A DNA stretch of 64,000 nt from Heptranchias perlo. Taxonomy: Eukaryota. Below the pieces are notes generated by a model that did no database searches, was not told the origin of the DNA, and was given only the letters and a program-made list of their open reading frames with translations. Numbering within the stretch: the stretch's first letter is position 1; each line of letters opens with the position of its first letter. This document shows, in pieces, positions 53,117-64,000 of this stretch. The stretch is from positions 5,208,001 through 5,272,000 of the forward strand of contig NW_027139442.1 of NCBI RefSeq assembly GCF_035084215.1. The letters run 5' to 3'. The position numbers and the translations under genes are program-made.

Positions 53117-53491
53117 TCACTTGGAGCTGGTGTACTTGGTCACCGCCTTTGTCCCTTCCGACACAGCGTGCTTGGCCAGTTCCCCGGGCAGCAGCAGGCG
53201 CACGGCGGTCTGGATCTCCCGGGAGCTGATGGTCGCCCGCTTGTTGTAATGGGCCAGGCGGGAAGCCTCACCCGCGATGCGCTCGAAAATATCGTTCACA
53301 AAGGAGTTCATGATGCCCATGGCCTTGGAGGAGATGCCGGTGTCGGGGTGAACCTGCTTCATCACTTTGTAGATGTAGATGGAGTAACTCTCCTTCCTCG
53401 ACTTTCTCCGCTTCTTGCCGCCCTTGGCTGGTGCTTTACTCAAGGTTTTCTTGGCGCCCTTCTTGGGAACTGCTTTCTTGTCCTCAGGCAT
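53117..53491 (-). CDS. H2B: Histone H2B, intact (124 aa)
   Basis: [11 protein letters not shown]...[20 protein letters not shown]...KYTSSK; CCAAT boxes and TATTTAA upstream. Confidence 0.97.
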   Translation of the reverse strand: MPEDKKAVPKKGAKKTLSKAPAKGGKKRRKSRKESYSIYIYKVMKQVHPDTGISSKAMGIMNSFVNDIFERIAGEASRLAHYNKRATISSREIQTAVRLLLPGELAKHAVSEGTKAVTKYTSSK

Positions 53492-53752
53492 TTTCAAACT
53501 CAATTTGAGACTCAGAAATGACCCAAATCCGCTCCGAGCTCGGATTAAATAGGCAGCCGCACAGCCCTATGGTAATGAGGGGTGGGGGAAGGCAATGATT
53601 GTGATTGGGTCACTGATAGTGATGTAACAATAATTATTCACTGTAACTCTCTGATTGGATACCTGAAGAAACCAATCAGATTTAGAACCTGCCACCAATC
53701 ACAAACTCGCTCACACTGCACATTTTTCGGTTTCAGCAATTTGTTCCGAACT

Positions 53753-53786
53753 GTTGCAGTTCTGGTTCCGGCCAGTAGATGTCCCC
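53753..53786 (+). promoter_or_regulatory. CTCF-like site
   Basis: GTTGCAG-N12-CCAGTAGATGTCCCC. Confidence 0.6.
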
Positions 53787-54388
53787 AAACCCCGGGTCAT
53801 TGAAGTTTGCAGATGAGAGAGGGACAGAAGATAAACTCATTCTTCACAATATCTTGCACGAGTGTGATTTAGAAAAACTGGGAATGGAGACGAGATGCAA
53901 ATACATTTTGTTAGACCAAACATTGGTTTTAATGCTGTGTTAAATTCTTGTAATTGATTTTGGGATTATAGCCAATACTTCGAAAAAATATACTTGCAGA
54001 ACGGCCGTGCAAATGCGTATTGAATTTCAATATAGAAAGTTGTGAGCTGGTGCATTTTGTTGGGGGGAATAAGGAGGCCACATACTGCTTGGAAAATATG
54101 AGTTTAAAAGGGGTAGAGGAGCAATGTAAATCGTGTCCTGAGAAATCAGAGAGAAATGCTGCGCAATGTAAGTGAAAAATAACTGGGTACATTCACAACT
54201 ATCGAATGAGTGAAACAAAAACTTTATTTTGAATCAATTGTCTTCATTTTGCAATCACAAAACGTGCAAAATTACGAGAGTAGAAGTGACAGACAGAAAC
54301 TTTCCTCACATTGCACATTGTCCTGTTTCTGCAACCACGACAGATAATGTGAATTTGTTTTCCGATCTTTCACAGTTCTCGCCTACGT

Positions 54389-54402
54389 CCAGTAGAGGTC
54401 AG
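54389..54402 (+). promoter_or_regulatory. CTCF-like site at satellite edge
   Basis: CCAGTAGAGGTCAG running directly into satellite GTCAGTCTC. Confidence 0.5.
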
Positions 54403-57400
54403 TCTCTTGTACTGTGCATGAGAGCGGGATTTCATCTGTATCTGTCAATCTCTGATACTGTGTGTGTGGGATTCATTCTGCATCTGTCATTCTCTGGTAC
54501 TGAGTATGAGCATGGTATTTATTCTGTATCTCTCAGTCTCTGGCACTACATATGAGTTTAGGATCGTTCTGTATCTGCCAGTCTCTTTCACTGTATATGA
54601 GAGAGGGATTAATTCAGTATCTGCCAGTCTCAGGTACTGTGCATAAGTGTGGAATTAACTCTGTTACTGTCAGTCTCTTGTGCTATCTGTGAGTGTGGGA
54701 TTCATTCTGCATCTGCCATTCTCAGCTACTTTATCTCAGTGTGGCATTCATTCTGTAATTCAGTCCCTGAGACAAAGTGCAAATCTGGATTCACTCTGTA
54801 TTCTTATTTCAGTTCCCAGTATTTTACTTGAAACTGTATCTTTAATATTTTAAAGTATATGCAGTTTTTCGTCAAGTATTTAATTTGTAAATATGGATAT
54901 ATTTTTCGATTTTCTTTAATCAAACAAAGTGTGTGGGTTTTGGAGTAGTGTTTCATCTTAATCTCTAAACTCATATGTGAATGATAATGTACCTTTCAAT
55001 CTGTTCATGGTGAAATTATTGGACTGGTATGTAATGTGTAGCTCAGATCTGCAATAATGTTTGTGAGTACTGTCTGTGAGTGTGGGATTCATTGTGTTCC
55101 TGTCAGTTTCTGGTACTGTGTGTGAGTGAGCTTAATTTTGTATCTGTCAGTCTCTGGTGCTGTATGTGGGTGTGGGATTCATTCTGTATCTGTCAGTCTC
55201 TCGATCTGGATGTGAGTGTGGGATTCATTCTGTATCTGTCAGTCTCTGGTACTGTGTGTGAATGTGGGATTCATTCTGTATCTGTCAGTCTCTGGTGCTG
55301 TGTGTGAGCGTGGGTTTCATTCTGTATCGATCAGTCTCTGGTATTGCATGTGAGTGTGAGATTCATTCTGTGTATGTCAGTCCCTGGTACTGAATGTGAC
55401 TGTGGGATTCATTCTGTATCTGTCAGTCCCTGGTACTGAATGTGAGTGTGGGAATCATTCTGTATCTGTCAGTCCCTGGTACTGTGTGTGAGTGTGGGAT
55501 TCATTCTGTATCTGTCAGTCTCTGGTACAGTATGTGAGTGTGGGATTCATTCAATATCTGTTAGACCCTGGTATTGTGTGTGAATGAGGGTTTCATTCTG
55601 TTCCCCTCAGTGTCAGGCGATATATGTGAGGGAGTCATTCATTCTGCATCTATCAATTTCTAGTACTGTTTGTGAGTGATATGAATGTTGTCTCCTTCAG
55701 TCCGTGCTACAGTGTGCGAGTGTGGGTTTCATTCTGTTTTTCAGTCTCTGGTACTGTGGAAGTGTGCGATTCATTCTATGTCTGTCAGTCACTTGTACTG
55801 TGTGTGAGTGTCGGATTCATTCGGTATCTGTCAGTCACTGTTACGTTGTGTGAGTGTAGGATTCATTCTGTATCTGTCAATCACTGGTATATTGTGCGAG
55901 TGTGGGTTTCATTCTATTTGTCAGCCTCTGGTACTGTGGGAGTGTGTGATTCATTCCATGTCTGTCAGTCCCTTGTACTGTGTGTGAGTGCAGGATTCAT
56001 TCGGTATCTGTCAGTCAATGTTACATTGTTTGAGTGTTGGTTTCAATCTGCATCTCAGTATCTGGCCCTCTATCTGAGTGTGAGATTCATTCTTTATCTG
56101 TATGTAATTTGCATCTCCGTTTACACTATGGTGGTCAAAACTATCTTTAATACCTCAATGTATCAATATTTTTTCCCAGTGTTTAATTGGTAGATAATGA
56201 TACATTTTAAAATGTAATGTAGGTTATAATCAGAGAATGTGGGCACTTTTTGGACTTCAATTAAATCTGTATCGATGGGAAAACAATTGGGAATTAGTTT
56301 ATCTACCAAAATGATATGGTGACATTTTTGAACTTTTATATCATGTGGAGCTCAGTCTGCATGAATGGAACACAGTGTATTTCAGTCTGAATCCGTATCA
56401 GTTTTTTGTAGTGGTTTATAATGTGTAGATCAGTCTGCACTAATGCAATTGATAATGTATCTTTCAATCTGACACTGTGAGATTTTTGGACTGATAAGTA
56501 TTGTGTAACTCAGACTGCATTAATGTGTGTGACTGTGAGATTCATTCTGTATCTGTCAGTCCCAAGTACTGTCTGTGAATGTGTGATTCATTCTGTATCT
56601 GTCAGGCTCTGGTACTTTGGAAGTATGTGATTCATTCTATATCTGTCAATCCCTTGTACTGTGTGTGAATATAGGATTCATTCTGTATCTGTCAGTCACT
56701 GTTACATTGTGTGAGCGCTGCTTTCCTTCAGTTTGTCAGTCTCTGGCCCTCTATCTGAGTGTGAGATTCATTCTTTATCTCCATGTAATTTGTATCTCCA
56801 TTTACAGTATGGTGTTCAAATCTGTATCTTTAATACCTCAATGTATGCATATTTTCCCCAGTGTTTAATTGGCTGATAATGAAATTCTGTAGAATATAGT
56901 CAGAGAATGTGTGCACTTTTGAGAATACTATTAAATCTGTATCGATGTGAACACAATTGTGCATTAGTTTATCTTCCAAACTGATAAAGTGACATTTTTG
57001 AACTTGTATATGACGTGTAGCTTAGTCTGCATGAATGGAATACTGTATATTTCAGAGTGAATTTGCATCAGTTTTTTGTCGTGGTTTATAATGTGTAGAT
57101 CAGTCTGCACTAATGGAATTGATACTGTATCTTTCAATCTGATACTTCTTGGACTGGTAAGTAATGTGTTACTCAGCCTGCACTAATGTGTGATTCATTT
57201 TGTATCTCCCAGTCTCTGGAACAGTGTGTGAGTGTGAGATTCATTCTGTATCTTGTCAGTAGTGTGTGTGAGTTTGTGATTTATTCCATATATGCTGTCT
57301 CTGATACTGTGAGTGTGGGATTTATTCTATGTCTTTCAGTCTCCAGTCTTGTATGTGGGTGTTGAATTCATTCTATATATGCAGCCTCTCAGACTGCATG

Positions 57401-58050
57401 TTGGTGTGGGATGCATTCTCTATCTGTCAGTCTCTGGTACTTTGTGTGAGTGTGTGATTCATTCTCTATCTGTCAGACTCTGGTACTGTGTGAATGTGGG
57501 TGTCATTAATTATCTGTCAGTCTCTAGTACTTTATGAGAGTGAGTAATTAACCAGATATCTAGCAGTCCTTGGTACTGTATGCCAGTGTGGGATTCAATC
57601 TGTATCTGTCATCTCTGGTACCATATGTGAGTGTAGGATTCGCTCTGTGTCTGTCAGTCTCTAGTATTGTATGTGAGTTTGGGATTCCTTCTGCATCTGT
57701 CAGTCTCTGGTACTGTATCTGAGTGTGAGATTCATTCTGTATTTGCATGTAATTATTCTCTCAGATTGCCTTATTGCGTTCAAAATTGTAGCTTTAATAT
57801 CTTCATGTTTAGGTCATATTTCTCATTATTTAACTGGTAAATATGGGTACACTTTCGGATTTGACGCTGTAGGTTTTAATCAGATAATTTGTGTGCTTTT
57901 TGAACTACTTTTAAATCTGTATCTCTGAAAGTACAATTGTGAATGATAATGTACATTTCAAATTGATATGGTGACACTTTTCAAATGGTATATAATGTGT
58001 ATCTCAGTCTGCACTAATAGAATTGATAATGTATCTATAAATCTCATACT
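54403..58050 (-). repeat. Composite 46/82-bp satellite array
   Basis: Reverse complement of the 20080-23357 array. Confidence 0.9.
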
Positions 58051-61000
58051 ATGAGTGTATTATAAACTGATATCTAATTTGTTTCTCAGGTTACACTGTC
58101 ACAGCATTTCTCAATCTGATACTGTACATGAGTTTTGGACATATATGGAATTTGTATCACATGATACATGCAATATCCATTCGAATAGTGCATTAAACTA
58201 ACATGTGTGTGTGAGTTCTGGGCTAGTATTCAATTGGAAACTCAGGGTACATTATTGGGTTTCATTCTGTCCCTTCCAATCGGGTGCCATGTGTGATTTC
58301 GATCTGTTATTTAATTCGTACCTAATGTTGCCCTATTGTGAGATTGACACAGTGCCTTTCAATCTGATAGTGTGATCTTGGACTGGGATTTTGCATCTGC
58401 CTGTCAGCGGGACTCAGCTCGGAGCAAATGGAACAGCGTCTGCCTCACCTGCTCTGTTTGAATGTTGGATTGAAAATGTGTCTGTGATACTTGGGATCAG
58501 TGTGGGACTGAGTGCTTCTACTGTCTGAGACTGTGGAACTGATGACCTGTCTGTGTCTCTGTGCGCTGTGTGTGATAATGTACTTACTGTGTGGGAGAAG
58601 GAGTTGGCTGCACTGTTCCTTGTGCCTCGAGTGGAGGAAACATAACACTGATTCTGGGTCCTTCAACGATTTCTTTGTAGGAAGAAATTTATCTCTTGTA
58701 ACTCAAGAACCAGTGAGGCAGAAAATACAAAAGTGTTCGAATTAATTTCTATGTTAATGATTATTTTGAATATCCACAAATGAAAATCAGCGATACAAAC
58801 AGTGTCAGTGTCTGACTCCACTGCAGTACTGCAGTACTCAGCTTCTGCACACCACGTGTGTTGGGCTGTTTTACAACAATTTCGTGACATCCAGACACAA
58901 CCCAACCCCTGCACTGATCCATGAGTGGCACGACCCGATGGGGCAGGGACCTTTGTACAGGTCAGGTCTCTAATCCCCTCTCTCATGGGACTAACCGTTC
59001 AAATGAAACCAAACAGCCGTTGTTTAAAATGTGTCCTTCACACTTCTCACCTGGTGCCTGCAATAGATGCTCTTTGTATAACTCACCACATCCTTCCTGT
59101 CCGGCTCTGTTTCCACTCTTCACTGTCCAATAACAACAAACAGGGTGAGACTGGAACGAAACCAGGAATATTCACTATTGGTTTGGGGAGAGAAAGCAGC
59201 AATGATTTTAAATAGCAGGTTCTTCCCATTCTGTCTCCCTTACCCTGGACACACCCTGCACACCTCGAGCCCGAGAATGACCTCTCCCTTCCCCCTCTCA
59301 CTCCATGTTCCGGGACCAGTTCCTGATCCACTCCGCCTCTTACAAACAGCCCCCGTACACCCCCTGACCTTCACTCGGACTCAATGCCGATCTCTGAGCC
59401 CATCTGCGGACACGGTCCCGAAGCGATGAGCTGCTGTAACGAGGCTGCTCTCTGCTCCCTTCCCCCGGGGGCCGTGATCTCTCCATTCCCGGCTGTTTTA
59501 AACCATCTTATTCCGCTCACTGAGGGAATGGCGCTCACAGGCCGAACTGGGGGAGGGACCGCGCATGCGCTCTTCTGCTCACCAACAAGCAGCCCTGGGG
59601 GCGGAGCTGAGTCGCGCATGCGCAGATATCTGGTTTAATTCCCAATACAAAAATCGATGGAAACTTTCCCCAATTGGAATTTTTCAGAGTCTGAGCAAAG
59701 GAAGTGGGGCTGGGGGAAAGGTCAGAGGGAATGGGGTCCACAGGCGGTGCAGGAACAGGCACCAGAATGGGAAACAGATGGGATTCCACCAGTGCCTAAC
59801 GCTGGAATCGTGACTGACTTTACAATCTCTAACTATGAAACGAGATGTTTCCATCCCTGCTGTTTCTCTCGGTATCTTTTGATTGTAAAGAGCCTTTCAG
59901 ATACAAAGTGGGCGGCTGTGAAATGGGCCTATGGCTTCGATTCATTCTTGGACTCTTTGCTGATAAAACTGACGCGTGAGGAAGAAATTGGGGGGAGGAT
60001 TTCTCAAACCAATCCTGGAGAAAGAAGGAAGAAAGAGTGAGTCAGTGTGTTTGTCGGGACCGTGTCGGATTAATATCTGACAGCACCGGTCCCAGATTAA
60101 TTTAATCAGATTGAAATTCTCGATTACTGGGAGTAATACCAAACGTCCCTGTGCTGCAAAACAGAAAATAGTACAACAGGCAAGAGAGGGTTAAATGTGG
60201 CCCATTGTTTTTATCACTCTCTGCACTGAGTGTGGGATTAATAGTGTGTCTGCCTCTGGTACAATATCAGTGAGAGATGAGATTGCATCTTTTGTCACTC
60301 CAATGGGATCTTTCTGGATAAAACGAAACTTTACAGGTCATTCTGCAACTGATACTGTGGCACTTTGTCTCTCTGCTCTCTCGCACCGTATCTGTCGCCC
60401 TCTCCCTCTCTCTCTCTCTGGTGCTATATATGAAAGTGGGGTAGTGTTATTGAGCGTGATATGAACACACTGATGGGAAGTGTAAGACTGACGGTGTGTA
60501 CGTGTGTCTCTCTCTCTGGTGCTGTATATGAAGGTGGGATACTGCTGTTGGGAGTGATATGAGCACACTGATAGGAAGTGTAAGACTGACAGTGTGTGTC
60601 TCTCTCTCTCTAGTGCTGGACATGAAGGTGCGATATTGTCCGATGTAAAGCAGAGAGAATGAGATGTCCAGGCCGGGCCTCACTGCAACTGGGGATTTGT
60701 TCGGTTCCAGTCCCAGTTCATGGTCATAATCTTTTCACAGATTCAGGGAGAGAGTCTCTTTGAGAGGGTAAAACTACGCGTCATAATTCAAAGCACAACA
60801 CATGAGATTCTCCAAATCAGCTGGAATAAAGTGTTTGTAAACTGCTGAACCCGTCTGGGAGGGATGTGTGCGGAGATGGAATCGGGTCTACCACTGAAAT
60901 GGAAGGAGGCGGGTTGACTTGTTATAGAAGGGACTCTATTTCGGCAGGAATATTACTGACTGTTAATTGTAACGGGGCTTACTTAAAAGCTCCGGGTATC

Positions 61001-61657
61001 TGGAAATCCTTGAAAATGAAGCCCGAGTCTGTAAGGTTTTGTGCGGAGCGCTGTGTTTCGGTTCTGTTATCGATAAACGGTTTGAAATTGGCGGATGGAG
61101 AAAGCTGGAGGTGGAGCTGGAAGATCAGAGGCCGCTCTCCGCTCTGGCCCTCATTCTGACTCCTCCCCTCCCGCTTTATCAGTTTAATCCCCCAGATGGA
61201 ACCAAAGCGGGTAGGTGGACTCTAAACACGGTTTACTTGTTAACAGGACGAAAGGCGATTAATGTTTCTGATCTACTGGACACATGTACATAGTTACATT
61301 TCAGTGATTCCCCAGTGTGTTCGATGCGTTATGTTAATAATCCAACAAAATAGAACAGAAACGGAGCGAAGCGCTGAATCCCACAGATGCAGCAAGGTTA
61401 GTCGATCAGTTCTGGTGATGCTTTACGAACCCAGCATGGCAAGTAGTTTAAATAAATACAAGAAATCTGGTGATGTGTGGACTTGGGTCTATCGGTCACC
61501 GTTTAAAGTACCGGACTGTGGTCGGTGCCCCGACTCCAGTCCCATTAATACCTCATCACGTCTGCAACGAGACAAAAGCAGCTCAAAGCAACACTGGTGT
61601 CATGATATCAGCGTCTCCCTTCAGTCAGTAACCAGCCCTTTCACAGATACAGTGGGT

Positions 61658-61673
61658 GGCTCTGAAAAGAGCC
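61658..61673 (-). terminator. H2A stem-loop displaced ~1.2 kb from its gene by a CR1
   Basis: Minus GGCTCTTTTCAGAGCC ACCCACTGTATCTGTGAAAGGGCTG, matching H2A 3' flanks. Confidence 0.92.
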
Positions 61674-61675
61674 TT

Positions 61676-62853
61676 TACATCGAGTTACATCGAAACAAAG
61701 GCACTGAAACAGGCCATTGGGCCCAACTGGTCTGTGCCGGCGTTTATGCTCCACTCGAGCCTCCTCCCCCCCTAATTTATCTAACTCTGTCAGAATAACC
61801 TTCGACTCCTTCCTTCCTCATGTGTTAATCCAGCTTCCCCTTGAATGGATCAGTGATATTTATCTCAACTACTGCTTGTGGTCGCGTTTTCCACATTCCA
61901 TCCACTCCTTGGGTAAATCAGTTTCTCCTGAATTCCCTAGTGGATTTATTAGCGACTATTTTATTTTTATTACCTTTAGTTTTGGACTTCCCACAAGTCG
62001 AAACATTTTCTCCATATCTAACACATGAAACCCTATCGCAAGACCTCTATCAGGTCACCCCTCAGCCTTCACTTTTCCAGAGAAAACACACCCAGCATTT
62101 CCTGATAAGAATATTCTCTCATTTCTCGTATTATGAGAATCGTTTTTGCACCTTCTCCAATCCCTCTCCGTCCTTTCTATAATATGGAGACCAGAATTGT
62201 GCACAATACTTCAAGTTTGGTCTAAACAAGTTTCCATACATGTTTAAAATAACTTCTTTGCTTTTCCATTCTATCTCAGAAGAAGTGAATCCTCGTGTTT
62301 GAGTTTTCTTTTTGTGACCTTATTGACCTGCGTCGCTACTTCTTGTAATTTGTATATCTTACCACTAGATCCCTTTGCTCCTCTATCCCGTTTAGACTCT
62401 TATTATCCAAGCAGTGTGTGATCACCTTATTCTTCAATCTGCAAGTTTATTAATGTCCTCTTCCATTTTGATGCATTCTTCCTTTGTATTAACGATATCC
62501 CCCAATTTGGTGTCGTCCACAAATTTTGGAATTGTACTTCCGATTCCCGAATCCAAATCGTTGATGTAAATTGTGATGAACAGTGGTCCCAGCAACTGAA
62601 ACAACACTTCCCACCTTTTGCCAGTCTGAGTAGCGACCCCTAACCTCTATTTTTAGTTTTCTGTTTTGTAGCGAACTTGCTATCCATTCTGCCACCTGTC
62701 CCCTGACTCCACGTGCTCTGAACTTACCCATGAGTCTACAATGCGGTAACTTATCGAAGGCCTTCGGAAAATCCAAATATATTGCATCGACTGCATTAAA
62801 CTTGTATACACTTTCTATTCCTTCTTCAAAGAATTCAATAAGGTTGGTCCTGT
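61676..62853 (-). mobile_element. 5'-truncated CR1 LINE inserted into H2A 3' UTR
   Basis: TNLIEFFEE...DAIYLDFPKAFDKLPH RT motifs; 3' tail TCGATGTAACTCGATGT; CCTT at both flanks (61672-61675, 62854-62857). Confidence 0.88.
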
Positions 62854-62885
62854 CCTTCGGGTTATCAGATTTACTCTTGGCCGCT

Positions 62886-63255
62886 TTACTTGCTCTTGGA
62901 GCTGACAATGCTGATTTTTTTCGGCAGCAGCACGGCCTGGATATCTGGCAAAACCCTGAGCGTTGGTCACCCCTCCCAACAGCTTGTCGAACTCCTCGTT
63001 GTTGCGGATGTCTGGGGATGATGCGGGTCTTCTTGTTGTCGATGGTCGCGTTGCCGGCAGCTCGAGGATTCCAGCCGCCAGATACTCGAGCACAACAGCC
63101 AGATAGACCGGGGCTCCGGCACCCATACGTTCAGCATAGTTCCCCTTTCGCAGGAGCCTGTGAACACGGCCCACAGGGAATTAGCGTCCGGCCCGGGATG
63201 AGCGAGGCTTGGCCTTGGTCCGAGCTTTACCGCCGGTTTTTCCTCTTCCAGACAT
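62886..63255 (-). pseudogene. H2A: Histone H2A pseudogene with multiple small deletions
   Basis: 370 nt versus 390; frameshifts after ILEL; stem-loop displaced. Confidence 0.92.
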
Positions 63256-63629
63256 TTCCACAATCTCACAAATACTTTCATGCAGAATAAAGAAATCTCC
63301 AGCACTCGCCCTTCTTATACCTTCTGGGGGAGTACAGTTGGGGCATTTGTGATGTGTCTCTCTCAGAGTGTTTACACTGCCCGCTCACCCTCATTGATAT
63401 ACAATCTTTCAACTGTCCTTGAGCAACATTTCTGCTCCCCCTCCTTTCCCTACTTCTCTGTCCTTTCTAAAGATCTTATAGAGTTGAATATTAAGCAGCC
63501 AGTCGTGCCCAGCTGGTAGTCAGGTCTCCGTAATTTAATGTAATTATTTAACCTCACGAAATGGGTGATGCTGCCGTAATCAGGAGAAGGATTCCTGGCT
63601 GGTGTGTAATTTCCATTGATTGGGGGGTT

Positions 63630-63664
63630 GGCGACATCTACTGGGCGGATACGGGTACTGCAAC
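63630..63664 (-). promoter_or_regulatory. CTCF-like site with upstream motif
   Basis: Minus TGCAG-N13-CCAGTAGATGTCGCC; paralogue of 3241-3275. Confidence 0.65.
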
Positions 63665-63777
63665 AGAGCGAGCAAGGATCCGTCAGAAACCAGTTTAAAT
63701 GAAGAAAAAATCCAACAGCCTGCAGTGTCTGTTCAGGGTCTGGTGTTTGTCAACTATTTTAATATCGTGCATTGTCA

Positions 63778-63849
63778 GCGATGGTGGCATAGTGGTGAGC
63801 ATAACTGCATTCTAAGCAGTTGATTCGGGTTCCATTCCCGGCCATCTTA
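63778..63849 (+). pseudogene. tRNA-Gly-derived pseudogene (anticodon now TCT)
   Basis: Paralogue of 3390-3461; loop ATTCTAA, B-box GGTTCCATTCC, acceptor 3' end CCATCTT mispaired. Confidence 0.8.
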
Positions 63850-64000
63850 ATTAAGTGTTCATATTAGTTTATTTCCTTCAGAAACTCTTAAGTTTGCAAT
63901 CGAATTTGATACAGTTCAGTTGGATATTGTTTCCAAAACATAAACGGGTGTAATTATAGTAAAATGATTTCAGCCTTCTTTTCTTTTCACTATAAAAGGA

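Noticed and set aside
62489-62908. 139-aa H2A-tail/RT fusion ORF
   Set aside because: Non-ATG start, out of the H2A frame, in a frameshifted pseudogene and decayed CR1.

Overview
Vertebrate genomic DNA, most likely a cartilaginous fish (inferred from the CR1/L2/Tx1/Penelope repeat types, the H1 globular domain and the C2H2-ZNF style). It is a replication-dependent histone gene cluster under birth-and-death evolution. It holds H1, H3 (H3.2 type), two H4, five H2A and three H2B copies; both H2B nonsense copies and two H2A frameshift copies are pseudogenes, and three more copies carry substitutions in conserved core residues. Also present are a 13-finger C2H2 ZNF gene, one near-intact and two decayed tRNA-Gly(TCC) genes, a decayed hAT (Buster/ZBED5-like) transposase, LINE fragments and several minisatellites. 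Most of the window is built from one recurring module: NRF1/GC-box/ETS/YY1 CpG promoter -> exon-like segments -> composite 46/82-bp satellite -> paired CTCF-like sites -> H2B -> H2A -> CTCF-like site. It occurs as a ~9.5-kb inverted duplication plus partial copies, and the two window ends are direct paralogues. Highlights are this module, 12 oriented CTCF-like sites, a minimal hammerhead ribozyme in a Penelope insertion upstream of H4, a CR1 inserted exactly at an H2A stem-loop, an orphan H4 stem-loop behind H1, and two locally templated inverted insertions. All alignments were made by eye and repeat boundaries are approximate.
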